Of a stretch of 24,598 bases of DNA, positions 16,591-24,598 are shown one piece after another. The number at the start of each line of letters is the position of its first letter. The first letter of the stretch is position 1. Location: the UHGV virus genome UHGV-0258679, one strand, 5' to 3'. Under the pieces are notes generated by a model, which was not told the origin of the DNA, did not search any database, and saw only the letters and a program-made list of their open reading frames with translations. A program made the translations under genes and the position numbers. The stretch is from a virus.

Positions 16591-16887
16591 TTAAAACTCC
16601 ATGAATTTAAAATATTCAACACCACCTTCACCCCCTAAACCAAAGGAGACGGTGCAGCCAGCAGGAACAAACGAATTTATAGTAGATCCCCAATTGGTCC
16701 CACCACGACGACGAGCAACGGTCAAACCATCTACGTTAATATGTGCATCAGACCACCCACCACCAGCATTATGACGCATTACAGCGACACCAGCACGAGC
16801 AGTACCATAGCCGTTAGGAATATCAAATACATGCCATTTTAAAGCATCGATTTTAGTATTAATTTCACTACTTACCCAATATCCCAT
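16591..16887 (-). CDS. glycine-rich small protein, paralogue 1 of a tandem triplet (98 aa)
   Basis: Contains VFDIPNGY and ends ...YFKFMEF; RBS AAGGA upstream; follows the tail fibre gene. Confidence 0.55.
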   Translation of the reverse strand: MGYWVSSEINTKIDALKWHVFDIPNGYGTARAGVAVMRHNAGGGWSDAHINVDGLTVARRRGGTNWGSTINSFVPAGCTVSFGLGGEGGVEYFKFMEF

Positions 16888-16925
16888 ATAAGAATCCTTA
16901 GCGGAGATTTCTCCCCGCTTTCCAA

Positions 16926-19900
16926 TTACCCTAATTTAGCTTCAATTGCAGCAAGACGTTCACGAAGAAGTTTATTTTCTTCGCTCATTTCTTGGACCGC
17001 TTTAATTAAAAGCGCGTTCACTGCGGAGTTTGAAATTGTTAAAATTTCTTCTGGGTTATCAAAACCACCAATTTTTGCGGTTTTAACAGCTTCCGGTAAT
17101 ACCTCTTGTAAATCCTGTGCGATAATACCAATCTCATGACCTATAACTTCTCGGTCATTAAGAGATTTAACTTTATCGTAGGTTTTAACTTTGAGTTTAT
17201 TTACCTTATCCACCGCATTTTCTTCGTAATCTTCAACATTAATTTTCAGACGACGATCGGAACGAATATAAACATCGTTAAAGTTTCCGTTACCAGTGGC
17301 ATGAAATTCTCCACTTGCATGGAATTGATAATCAGCACCCTGAACATGAAGAACCGCTGCCGCAGTATTATTACTATCACCGGGACAATGAACGTCCATA
17401 GCAGCGATGTAGTTACGCCCCCAATCAACCGCTTTCCAAATAGCATGAGCACTATCAACGCTTTGTTGACAGTCAACCAACAAACCAGCAGGTCGGTCTC
17501 TCCATGCAACATATGCACCACCAGAAACCTCACCACGGATAAGTCCTTGATCTGCGGCATAAGGAACACGCCCTTCCAGTTTAATCATCGCGCCCTGGAA
17601 GTGATGTGTAAATTGTCCACCGTGGTTATTGCGAATATGTAAAATACCCTCATCTGTAGCCCAGATAACAGCCTTTTCCGTATCGCTATCATCTCTAAAC
17701 CAGATATGGCGTGCACCAGTTGAGTTTTTGACGGTTATTCCGTTAGGTCCATGCACGGTCAAAGCACCAGATACATCAAATAAAACGGTGTTGTCTGTTC
17801 TACGTTCAGTATAGAAGTGATAACCTTTGGAATCGCCAACTTCCATTACTGCCGCGCGACCAACTTCTGAATTTCCCCAATTATTAATAGAGAATCGTTC
17901 AGAGCTATTATTCATCTGATTTAGGTATAATGTACCATCAGTGAATGTTTCGCCAAAGAAACGAGTTTTAACGCCGTTAGTACCCCCCACGCGTTCAAAT
18001 TCAGCCAAGAAACCTTTGGAATCTCGCATACTCAAAACGTTATTGCGTCCTGTATTACTGTTACCCCAATGGATTAATTCAATATAGTCCATTGACTGAC
18101 GAGACCCTGATCTAAACACCATATTATCTTCGATGCGGGTGCTACCATCAATTCCCAGATGTAAACAGCGTGCGGTAGCTGTGCCACCTAGATCCAATCC
18201 ACCTTCGGCAAAATCATAGCTGAATGGTCTACGGCTATTCCACCCACCGAAAGAATCTTTTAAATCGGTAGTAAGAATATGGAAGCTAGAACCATCATTT
18301 CTAAAAATTAAGCCATAGTTGCCACCTTTAACAGCCAAACGAGCATTTTCAGATAATGCAACTTCGCTATTCATTACAATTTTCTGGCCTTTACCGCCAG
18401 TAATATGTAATTCACCGTTTTCGATCAAGTTTATAGAGTTTTGACCGTTATCGTTCCACCAAATAAAATCTTTGGTCGTCAAATCACCAAAACCAAACCA
18501 ACCATTACGAACATCTTGACCAGTGCGATAATCCATGAAATTAAAATGGCTTGCTTCGTTTGGTCCTCGACGAATATCAATACCAGCATTAGAACCGGAA
18601 CCTAAGCCACCATCGATGGTCAATCTACGAATATGTAACCCGGTTGCAGCCGAAAGCAATAATTGTTGGTTTACATCGTCATATCCAGTAGCAAGACGAT
18701 AATTTTGATCATCAACAGTTTCATGCCAGATAGTGGCAGGAGCAGAACTACGGAAGCGACGCAACATCTTTTTGCTGTTAGTTTGTTGTTCGTTCAAATG
18801 CTCAATGTCATATTGGCCTTGATGGTTTCCAGCAAAGTTTAACGTCCCACGGTTGCTAAAGTTATTGAACGATGAAATGTTAAGAGCATCAAAAATTTCA
18901 TCTGCAACAGGTTTTTCACCACCCAGATATTCAGGAGTATCCAACAGGTTTAAAGAAACACCACCGGAAGAAACTTGATATTCTGCTAAAACAAATCCTG
19001 TATGTGCACCGTAGTAAGCGTAAAGATCATAATTGTCGCCATCGGTTGGAATAGCGCAAAAATGTTGTTCATAATGCCAAATAGTATAATACGCATTGAA
19101 TACAACACCTTTCGGGCTATTGTTGCCGCATCGAATCACCAATTCGATAATATTGGCTTGTCCATTCTGTCCGACGTTATAACCGTTGCCACCAACTAAG
19201 CGGATCTTAGCCGTGCGACCGTGTTGTTGTGGCATTGTCAAAGTGCCTAGTTTAAACCAACCGCCCTCGATACCAAAATTAAGCGTCTTCTGGAACAGGC
19301 GGTCAATTTCTGCTTTCGAATATGCGCCAATTTCAGCCGGAGTAGGTTTATCGCCTTCATGATACATGCGGTGAGAATATGCCAAATGTCCCAATTCATC
19401 ATAGCCGTATGTTCTTACAGTAGCATGTGGATTAGACCCATAAGTGAACTCGAAGCCACGAGCATGATTAACACCAGATGGATGGGGAACATGCAAGATC
19501 ATAGCAATATGACCCGCCAGGTCATTCATGCGAAATGCACCAAAGTAATCAAGATTAAGAGCACTCGGATCATCAAAAGGGTTTGCGGTCTTAGACAGCA
19601 AATAACCATCAGTATAAGTGTTTACGTGTTTTTTGATGTACTTGCCATCACTTGATCCATCGGCTGCATCAATACGGCTTTCTAAGCGTGCCAATTCAGA
19701 ATCAGTGTAAGACTTGTTATTGTCAACTTTGCTATGAATTGCTGTATTTTTGGCTTCAACATCACGGGTTAATGCTGCGACGTTATCCGCTGCCTCTTGC
19801 TTATTGGCTGCAATCACACCAGTAAGGTTATTGTAGGTGTCAGTTAACTGATTTTCCGCATAGGCGTGATTTGCTGCGATAGTGCGGTCAGTTTCTGCCT

Positions 19901-20456
19901 TAATCAAATCAACTTTGTCATTGATTGCTTTGTGATTGCTTACGATGGTTGCATCGGTACGGGATTTAATATCATCAACTTTTTTATTGATGCGGGTGTC
20001 CAGTTCCTGAGTTGCTACAGCAGCCGCATTTTTATTAGCGTTGATGGTATCCGACAATTCAGCTTTAACACCAGCAAGATCGGAAGCAGCTTTATTTTTA
20101 TTGGCCTCGATTGTCGCGTCGGTTTCGCGTTTAATTACATCAACTTTATTGTTAATTTCTGCGTGATTTGCTGAGATGGTTGCATCAGTAGTTTGTTTAA
20201 TTTCATCTACTTTAGCGTGAATATTGCGGTCATTTACTGCAATTGTGCTATCTAGTTCTTGTTTGTTAGCATCAACTTTAGATTCTAGTGCCGCGTGAGT
20301 TTCAGGAGAAACAGAGATTTGAACTACTTCATGATCTCGGTCTTTGGTAAAAATAACATGGTCTTTAAGGTTGATTGCTACCTCACCGACCTGTAATTGT
20401 TCCGGCGTTGGCTTTTTGCCAGCTACATTAGTTCGCTTAAATTGGATTGATTGCAT
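16926..20456 (-). CDS. long tail fibre, 1176 aa, with N-terminal repeat shaft and C-terminal intramolecular chaperone (peptidase S74-like) domain
   Basis: About seven tandem 22-aa repeats of the form KVDxIKxxTDATIxAN; C-terminus ...SDRRLKINVEDY...GIIAQDLQEVLPEAV... matches the endosialidase/T5 L-shaped-fibre chaperone signature; RBS GAGGTGA. Confidence 0.8.
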   Translation of the reverse strand: MQSIQFKRTNVAGKKPTPEQLQVGEVAINLKDHVIFTKDRDHEVVQISVSPETHAALESKVDANKQELDSTIAVNDRNIHAKVDEIKQTTDATISANHAEINNKVDVIKRETDATIEANKNKAASDLAGVKAELSDTINANKNAAAVATQELDTRINKKVDDIKSRTDATIVSNHKAINDKVDLIKAETDRTIAANHAYAENQLTDTYNNLTGVIAANKQEAADNVAALTRDVEAKNTAIHSKVDNNKSYTDSELARLESRIDAADGSSDGKYIKKHVNTYTDGYLLSKTANPFDDPSALNLDYFGAFRMNDLAGHIAMILHVPHPSGVNHARGFEFTYGSNPHATVRTYGYDELGHLAYSHRMYHEGDKPTPAEIGAYSKAEIDRLFQKTLNFGIEGGWFKLGTLTMPQQHGRTAKIRLVGGNGYNVGQNGQANIIELVIRCGNNSPKGVVFNAYYTIWHYEQHFCAIPTDGDNYDLYAYYGAHTGFVLAEYQVSSGGVSLNLLDTPEYLGGEKPVADEIFDALNISSFNNFSNRGTLNFAGNHQGQYDIEHLNEQQTNSKKMLRRFRSSAPATIWHETVDDQNYRLATGYDDVNQQLLLSAATGLHIRRLTIDGGLGSGSNAGIDIRRGPNEASHFNFMDYRTGQDVRNGWFGFGDLTTKDFIWWNDNGQNSINLIENGELHITGGKGQKIVMNSEVALSENARLAVKGGNYGLIFRNDGSSFHILTTDLKDSFGGWNSRRPFSYDFAEGGLDLGGTATARCLHLGIDGSTRIEDNMVFRSGSRQSMDYIELIHWGNSNTGRNNVLSMRDSKGFLAEFERVGGTNGVKTRFFGETFTDGTLYLNQMNNSSERFSINNWGNSEVGRAAVMEVGDSKGYHFYTERRTDNTVLFDVSGALTVHGPNGITVKNSTGARHIWFRDDSDTEKAVIWATDEGILHIRNNHGGQFTHHFQGAMIKLEGRVPYAADQGLIRGEVSGGAYVAWRDRPAGLLVDCQQSVDSAHAIWKAVDWGRNYIAAMDVHCPGDSNNTAAAVLHVQGADYQFHASGEFHATGNGNFNDVYIRSDRRLKINVEDYEENAVDKVNKLKVKTYDKVKSLNDREVIGHEIGIIAQDLQEVLPEAVKTAKIGGFDNPEEILTISNSAVNALLIKAVQEMSEENKLLRERLAAIEAKLG

Positions 20457-20529
20457 CTAATCACCTCACATAAAACAGGAATAAGGGAGGCGTTAACCTC
20501 CCCGCGTCATGTTTTATTTAGAGAAGCAA

Positions 20530-21363
20530 TCAGTATTCCCCGAAGTCGATCCTGTCATGGATAGAAACGGCTTCAATCTCGGCTGGTGTCGGTTTTTCTT
20601 CTGTGGAATACACTTTCACCCATCCAGAATTACCATCTTTCTGGACTGTGCGAACTCGTAAACGTGGTGCGCCGGAAGCGGTGCAAGTTAATTGCCATCC
20701 ACCATCTTCATTAGGTTGAACGTGAATTAGTGAAGTATCAGCACTAAATGGGTTAGATGCGCTCGATCCCTGATAGGTTACGAAACGGTTTCCGGCTAAT
20801 GCCTCGCTATCAATCGGACCAGTGAATGGGCTAACGCCTGAGCCTACGCCATAATCCCCTTGTCGCAGAATTTTTCCCTCGGTCGCTATACCCCTTGCGA
20901 GAATCCCGCCATCTGGTTCAAGTTTAAATTCCATTGTTACCGCTTTGTTATCACTACCACGGGTTTTGTGACTAGTGACATAAGCATCATAGATGACATA
21001 GTAACCAGTGTTAGCAGCACTATAGCCAGAGTTCACAACATAGAACATTCGGAAGCGTAAAGGTGTTTTATCCTCTACCGCTTTCATCAACATTGCTTGA
21101 TGTTCGTCATCCAGAACACGGTTTAACATGAGTGTTGTCGGTTCCAGTTTACGATAACCAGCAAGTTTCCCCGTAGCGTCCTGGTCATACTCTTCTAACG
21201 TCTGGATCTCTGTAGATTCGGTGATCGTAGGGAATGCTGCGATGTTCTCGATAGGACTAAATGCAGGATCGAAAAAGTCCGGCTGGTTATCCACCATAGT
21301 AGACACGGAGACTTCAACATGTGACCCCGTGAAAATGTCTAAGTTATCTTGTGTAATATTCAT
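20530..21363 (-). CDS. virion structural protein, 277 aa, ending in a KPTPAEI motif shared with the tail fibre (candidate fibre-associated or decoration protein)
   Basis: Position between the head-tail genes and the fibre; C-terminal ...EEKPTPAEIEAVSIHDRIDFGEY parallels GDKPTPAEIGAYSKAEIDR and KKPTPEQLQVGEVAIN in the fibre. Confidence 0.4.
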   Translation of the reverse strand: MNITQDNLDIFTGSHVEVSVSTMVDNQPDFFDPAFSPIENIAAFPTITESTEIQTLEEYDQDATGKLAGYRKLEPTTLMLNRVLDDEHQAMLMKAVEDKTPLRFRMFYVVNSGYSAANTGYYVIYDAYVTSHKTRGSDNKAVTMEFKLEPDGGILARGIATEGKILRQGDYGVGSGVSPFTGPIDSEALAGNRFVTYQGSSASNPFSADTSLIHVQPNEDGGWQLTCTASGAPRLRVRTVQKDGNSGWVKVYSTEEKPTPAEIEAVSIHDRIDFGEY

Positions 21364-21372
21364 TATTACCCC

Positions 21373-21796
21373 TTAAAAACGCGCTAGATAAGAAAATTTA
21401 AGGCTAAGTGTCCCAACGATACCACCATCACTAGAATCATCGTCATAATCGGTATTAGAGGCTACTGGAGTGATATCTGAAATTGAGAAGCCCAAATCTT
21501 TAAAACGTGGGTTATCTGGCTGAATCTGGATTATCTGGCAAATACCCTCATGAATTTTGGTTTCATGAATCTGAGAATATAACTGCATTTCGATAACGCA
21601 TTCAGCTTGCATTGCATTACCACCACGGACCCTAGTGTAAGTCTCATTCATGCCAGTAATCCAACAAACCACATCATCACTAAAGCCTTGCTGAGTTTGT
21701 TCTACGTTTAAAGCCAGACCTAAATCTTGTTCGATAATATCTTGCAAGGCGCGTTTGATTTTCAGTCTAGGCATATTATTAACGGTAGCGAGCATG
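21373..21796 (-). CDS. head-tail joining / head completion protein (by position), about 141 aa
   Basis: Start moved to MLATVNN, preceded by AGGGGG; lies between the capsid gene and the tail genes; overlaps the end of the upstream ORF. Confidence 0.35.
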
Positions 21797-22069
21797 TGTA
21801 CCCCCTGCCAGAGTAATAAAGCAATCAGAAGTATTATCACCATTGCGCTTAACGTATTGAACTTTGAAACGCTGATTTTCTACAATGACAATATCACCCT
21901 GCTTTAAGTCTCCCTCACGACAAAATAGAAATTCTGTCTCTGTCATTACCCCTTGTTCGTCGGTAGTAGTAATTTCATGATAAGCACGAATTGATTTACC
22001 ACCTTCCACCGAAAATACAGGAGCACTCTTAAACATTCTTGATAATTGTGATTCTGATAATTTGAACAT
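21779..22069 (-). CDS. head-tail connector-type small protein (by position), 96 aa
   Basis: First ORF downstream of the capsid terminators. Confidence 0.35.
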   Translation of the reverse strand: MFKLSESQLSRMFKSAPVFSVEGGKSIRAYHEITTTDEQGVMTETEFLFCREGDLKQGDIVIVENQRFKVQYVKRNGDNTSDCFITLAGGTHARYR

Positions 22070-22102
22070 AGTTACCCCCTTTATGGAGTATTTACATACA
22101 AA

Positions 22103-22165
22103 AAAGCCCCACCGTTAGGCAGGGCTAATTATTATTTTGCTTTCGGTGGACGTCCCACCTTTTTA
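22103..22165. terminator. bidirectional terminator region after the capsid gene (minus: AGCCC / loop / GGGCT then TTTTTT; plus: GGTGG / ACGTC / CCACC then TTTTT)
   Basis: Two stem-loops with T-runs on opposite strands in the capsid to next-gene intergenic region; a further perfect 8-bp hairpin CTTCCCCC/GGGGGAAG lies at 22230-22250. Confidence 0.55.
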
Positions 22166-22266
22166 GCTGTGGCTTTCGCCGTAACCTCTTGAACTTCTTC
22201 TTCCTGAGATGGAATCAGATTTTCTTCCCCCAAATCGGGGGAAGGTTCAGAAGGTTCTACGCTAGT

Positions 22267-24273
22267 TCATTCAGCGGAGATATGAAGAACTTTCAGAGCT
22301 TCCGGCTGAACTACGGTGAAGTCCAGGTCTACCCAGATACGCGGAACGATAGCAGACTGTGCACGGTAGGTAGTGTCATCCATATCCAGTTCCAGACCAC
22401 CCCATTCGCCGATCATGATACCGGAGAAGTCACCCAGAACGATGTGATCTGCCGGAATAACACCAGAAGTAACTACATCGTAACCAGCCAGTTTACCGTT
22501 TTCGATGATATAACCGGAAACGCCGTTATCTTTCAGGGTAGATTCCAGTTCAGCAGCAGTCGCACCGCTCATCGCAAACTTGATCGCCTGAGCAGGAACG
22601 CCAGCGTCGGTCAGTGCTGCAATTTCTTTCAGGAAGTCTTTGTAAGAGAAAGCGGCTTTCTTAGCAACGCGACCACCATCTACCAGTTGTTTAACCAGAC
22701 CAGCCGGACCACGAGTATTGTCTTTGTCAGACAGAATCAGTTGTTCCAGTTTGATGCGAACAGCTTTGTTAATATGATCAGTGATCAGGGTAGCAATATT
22801 CGGAACAGTTTTCAGAGACTGACGGCTGATCGGGTTGCCACCAGCAAAAGTTTTCGGAGCCATTTTCACGTTTGCAAATTCCGCCTTCGACTCGGGGGCA
22901 CTTCCATTTTCGTCCACAAAACCAAAGGCATCGACGCTGGAAGCAGTCATTTTCGGAACAGCGATCGGGCTATTCAGACCAGACAGAACAGTCACACCCA
23001 GACGACCCAAAACAGACTGCGGAAGCAGCATTTCTACATAGGATTCGGTCAGCAGTTTTTCGTCAGTTACAGCGGTCAGAGTAGCTTTGGTGTTACCTTC
23101 GGAAGCAGCACGCAGAGCAGCAGCCGGAACGAATACAGAGCCACCGCGAGCAGCACGACCACGCTGCATTGCAGCACCAGCAGCCATAGCGGAATATTCA
23201 GCTTCGTTAGCACCCAGAGCAGCACCATCTACCAGAGAGCGAATTACGTTGTTCAGGTCAAAAGTTTTTTCCATTTTAGAGTCCTTAATTTGTTCGTTGT
23301 TACGTTGAGCAGTAGCGATTTTATTTAGTGCCTTAGTGCGGAATGCTTCCGGCGTAATTTCTTTATTTGCCAATGCTCGTTTAAATTCTTCATCGTCTTC
23401 GTTAATATTTAACTCGCGTGCAATTTCGCGAATTTCTAATTCGTCTTCTTCGGAACGTTCAGCCACTTCCTCGGTTTTTTCTTCTTCAACCGGAGCGGCT
23501 TCACGTTCTTCTTTTACTTCTTCTTCCCGAACAGTTGAACTATCATCATCAACACTTTCAGGATGTTTAGCGTCTTTTCCGTCTTCGAGATTTTCATCTT
23601 CTTTATTCTCTTCAACTTGGCGCTCTTGAGTTTTTTCAACTTCCGGTTCTTTATTTTCTTCTACCGGAGTTTCTTCAACCTGAGCGGGTTCTTGTTCTTC
23701 TTTGATTTCTTCGATTTGTTCTTTAGTCATATCGCGTTTAGCCTCCAAATTAACTGTGATAGTATTTAGAGAGCGATTTAAACCGACAGAATCATCGGCA
23801 GGGACCGTCACAAATGAAATTTCAAAAGGTTCCCACTTAGTAACAATCAATTGTCCTTTGGCGTAATCGATGCGATATTCTTTAATGTCATAGCCGACAG
23901 AAATTTTTTCCATCGTACCTTCAATGACTTTATTACGAATATCATTAGACAAAGTGCCATGCTTGGAGAATTTAACCAGAGCACGGCCTACGTTATCCGC
24001 ATCGATTCGAGCGTTACAAACGACACCAATGTGATTATCGAAAATATGATTGAACAGCAACGGAGCGTTATTATTCAGACGAGACAGATCAACCGCTTCC
24101 GGTGTATGTACCAGAATTTCATCTAATACCACCATTTCTTGATTTTGCTCATCCCAGAATCGGCGCTGATAAGGCTGTTCACTGGAGAAAGCAATTTCAA
24201 ATTCGTATTGATCATTCTGCCCTTCGTTAATAACTCCACCGTAACCGTTAATATCGCGGCGAAATTTAAGCAT
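22267..24273 (-). CDS. fused prohead protease (HK97/U35-S78-like) - acidic scaffold-like linker - HK97-fold major capsid protein, 668 aa
   Basis: N-terminal about 170 aa resembles caudoviral prohead serine proteases (including ...EISFVTVPAD...); the middle is an E/K-rich low-complexity region; the C-terminal about 300 aa is capsid-like; RBS AAAGGTGG; strong terminators downstream. Confidence 0.8.
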   Translation of the reverse strand: MLKFRRDINGYGGVINEGQNDQYEFEIAFSSEQPYQRRFWDEQNQEMVVLDEILVHTPEAVDLSRLNNNAPLLFNHIFDNHIGVVCNARIDADNVGRALVKFSKHGTLSNDIRNKVIEGTMEKISVGYDIKEYRIDYAKGQLIVTKWEPFEISFVTVPADDSVGLNRSLNTITVNLEAKRDMTKEQIEEIKEEQEPAQVEETPVEENKEPEVEKTQERQVEENKEDENLEDGKDAKHPESVDDDSSTVREEEVKEEREAAPVEEEKTEEVAERSEEDELEIREIARELNINEDDEEFKRALANKEITPEAFRTKALNKIATAQRNNEQIKDSKMEKTFDLNNVIRSLVDGAALGANEAEYSAMAAGAAMQRGRAARGGSVFVPAAALRAASEGNTKATLTAVTDEKLLTESYVEMLLPQSVLGRLGVTVLSGLNSPIAVPKMTASSVDAFGFVDENGSAPESKAEFANVKMAPKTFAGGNPISRQSLKTVPNIATLITDHINKAVRIKLEQLILSDKDNTRGPAGLVKQLVDGGRVAKKAAFSYKDFLKEIAALTDAGVPAQAIKFAMSGATAAELESTLKDNGVSGYIIENGKLAGYDVVTSGVIPADHIVLGDFSGIMIGEWGGLELDMDDTTYRAQSAIVPRIWVDLDFTVVQPEALKVLHISAE

Positions 24274-24318
24274 TTAACCACCTTTAATTAATTGGGGGCA
24301 TTGCGCCCCCGTTGGTTA

Positions 24319-24462
24319 TTAGGGATCGGCTGGGGAATTTTTTTCTTCACCCTCGCCATTAACGATAATATTTAGTGCGCTCTTTTCGGCTTGAATCTCT
24401 GAGAATACTTTTTCAGGATCATCACCACGTTCTAATATAACGGCAGTACGTGATTTAAGAAC
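24319..24462 (-). pseudogene. 3' fragment (47 codons, no start codon) of an upstream phage ORF, truncated at about 24462
   Basis: Frame open from 24462 to the stop at 24319-24321 (...GEGEEKNSPADP*) with no Met and an in-frame stop at 24463-24465; the interruption coincides with the start of the IS-like sequence. Confidence 0.4.
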
Positions 24463-24598
24463 CTATCCCAAAAGGAATTGTCAGATCGAAAATAATGGCA
24501 ATTTTTGAGGGCGAAGTATGACGGGCAACAAGTGGCAGATCAGCGATGAACTCTGGGAGAAAATGGCTCCACTTCTCCCGGAACATAAAACCCACCAT
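24463..24598 (+). mobile_element. left end of a putative insertion sequence (IS4/IS5-superfamily-like), continuing beyond the window
   Basis: Transposase-like ORF start plus the abrupt truncation of the upstream phage ORF; terminal inverted repeat could not be verified because the other end is outside the window. Confidence 0.45.
24519..24598 (+). CDS. transposase N-terminus (partial): MTGNKWQISDELWEKMAPLLPEHKTHH...
   Basis: RBS GAGGG 8 nt upstream; SDELWEKMAPLLP matches the conserved 'DEQWxxIEPLLP' N-terminal motif of IS4/IS5-type (DUF4096) transposases, from memory. Confidence 0.5.

Noticed and set aside
19766-20291. Periodic DNA repeats, considered as a possible CRISPR or other repeat array
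   Set aside because: The repeats are imperfect, lie in frame within the tail fibre ORF, and encode the 22-aa shaft repeats; no spacer/repeat structure.
22189-23328. 379-aa plus-strand ORF, Ser/Thr/Arg-rich
   Set aside because: Lies wholly antisense to the protease-capsid gene, is low-complexity, and has no RBS; taken as an antisense shadow ORF.
24458-24598. Minus-strand open frame (MVGFMFREKWSHFLPEF...) across the right edge as a continuation of the truncated phage ORF
   Set aside because: It is in a different frame from the 24319-24462 fragment and would need a frameshift within about 5 nt; the plus-strand transposase-like ORF with an RBS explains the region better. Low certainty.

Overview
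The window reads as part of a tailed dsDNA phage or prophage (siphovirus-type structural genes), AT-rich, with most genes carrying GGGGG-type ribosome-binding sites. All calls are from reading the sequence and from remembered protein families; no searches were run. Positions 3447-24273 are a single minus-strand block: an accessory/lysis-like unit (Zn-finger plus GIY-YIG-like protein, acidic ORF, M15 peptidase, small membrane proteins), then a lambda-like tail module (I-J fusion tip protein, K/L/M-like minor tail proteins, tape measure, G/T chaperone pair, V-like major tail protein), a long tail fibre with a C-terminal S74-type chaperone domain, and a fused prohead protease-scaffold-HK97 capsid gene. 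Positions 31-3373 are plus-strand: small unknown, membrane and secreted proteins followed by a large serine recombinase that converges on the minus-strand block. At the right edge a phage ORF is cut off at about 24462 and what looks like an IS-type transposase gene begins. I found no tRNA, rRNA or CRISPR array. The features most likely to be new biology are three tandem glycine-rich paralogues (15981-16887) sitting between the tail fibre and the major tail gene, the Zn-finger/GIY-YIG-like protein behind a perfect 10-bp palindrome, and the large serine recombinase in an otherwise lytic-looking gene set.
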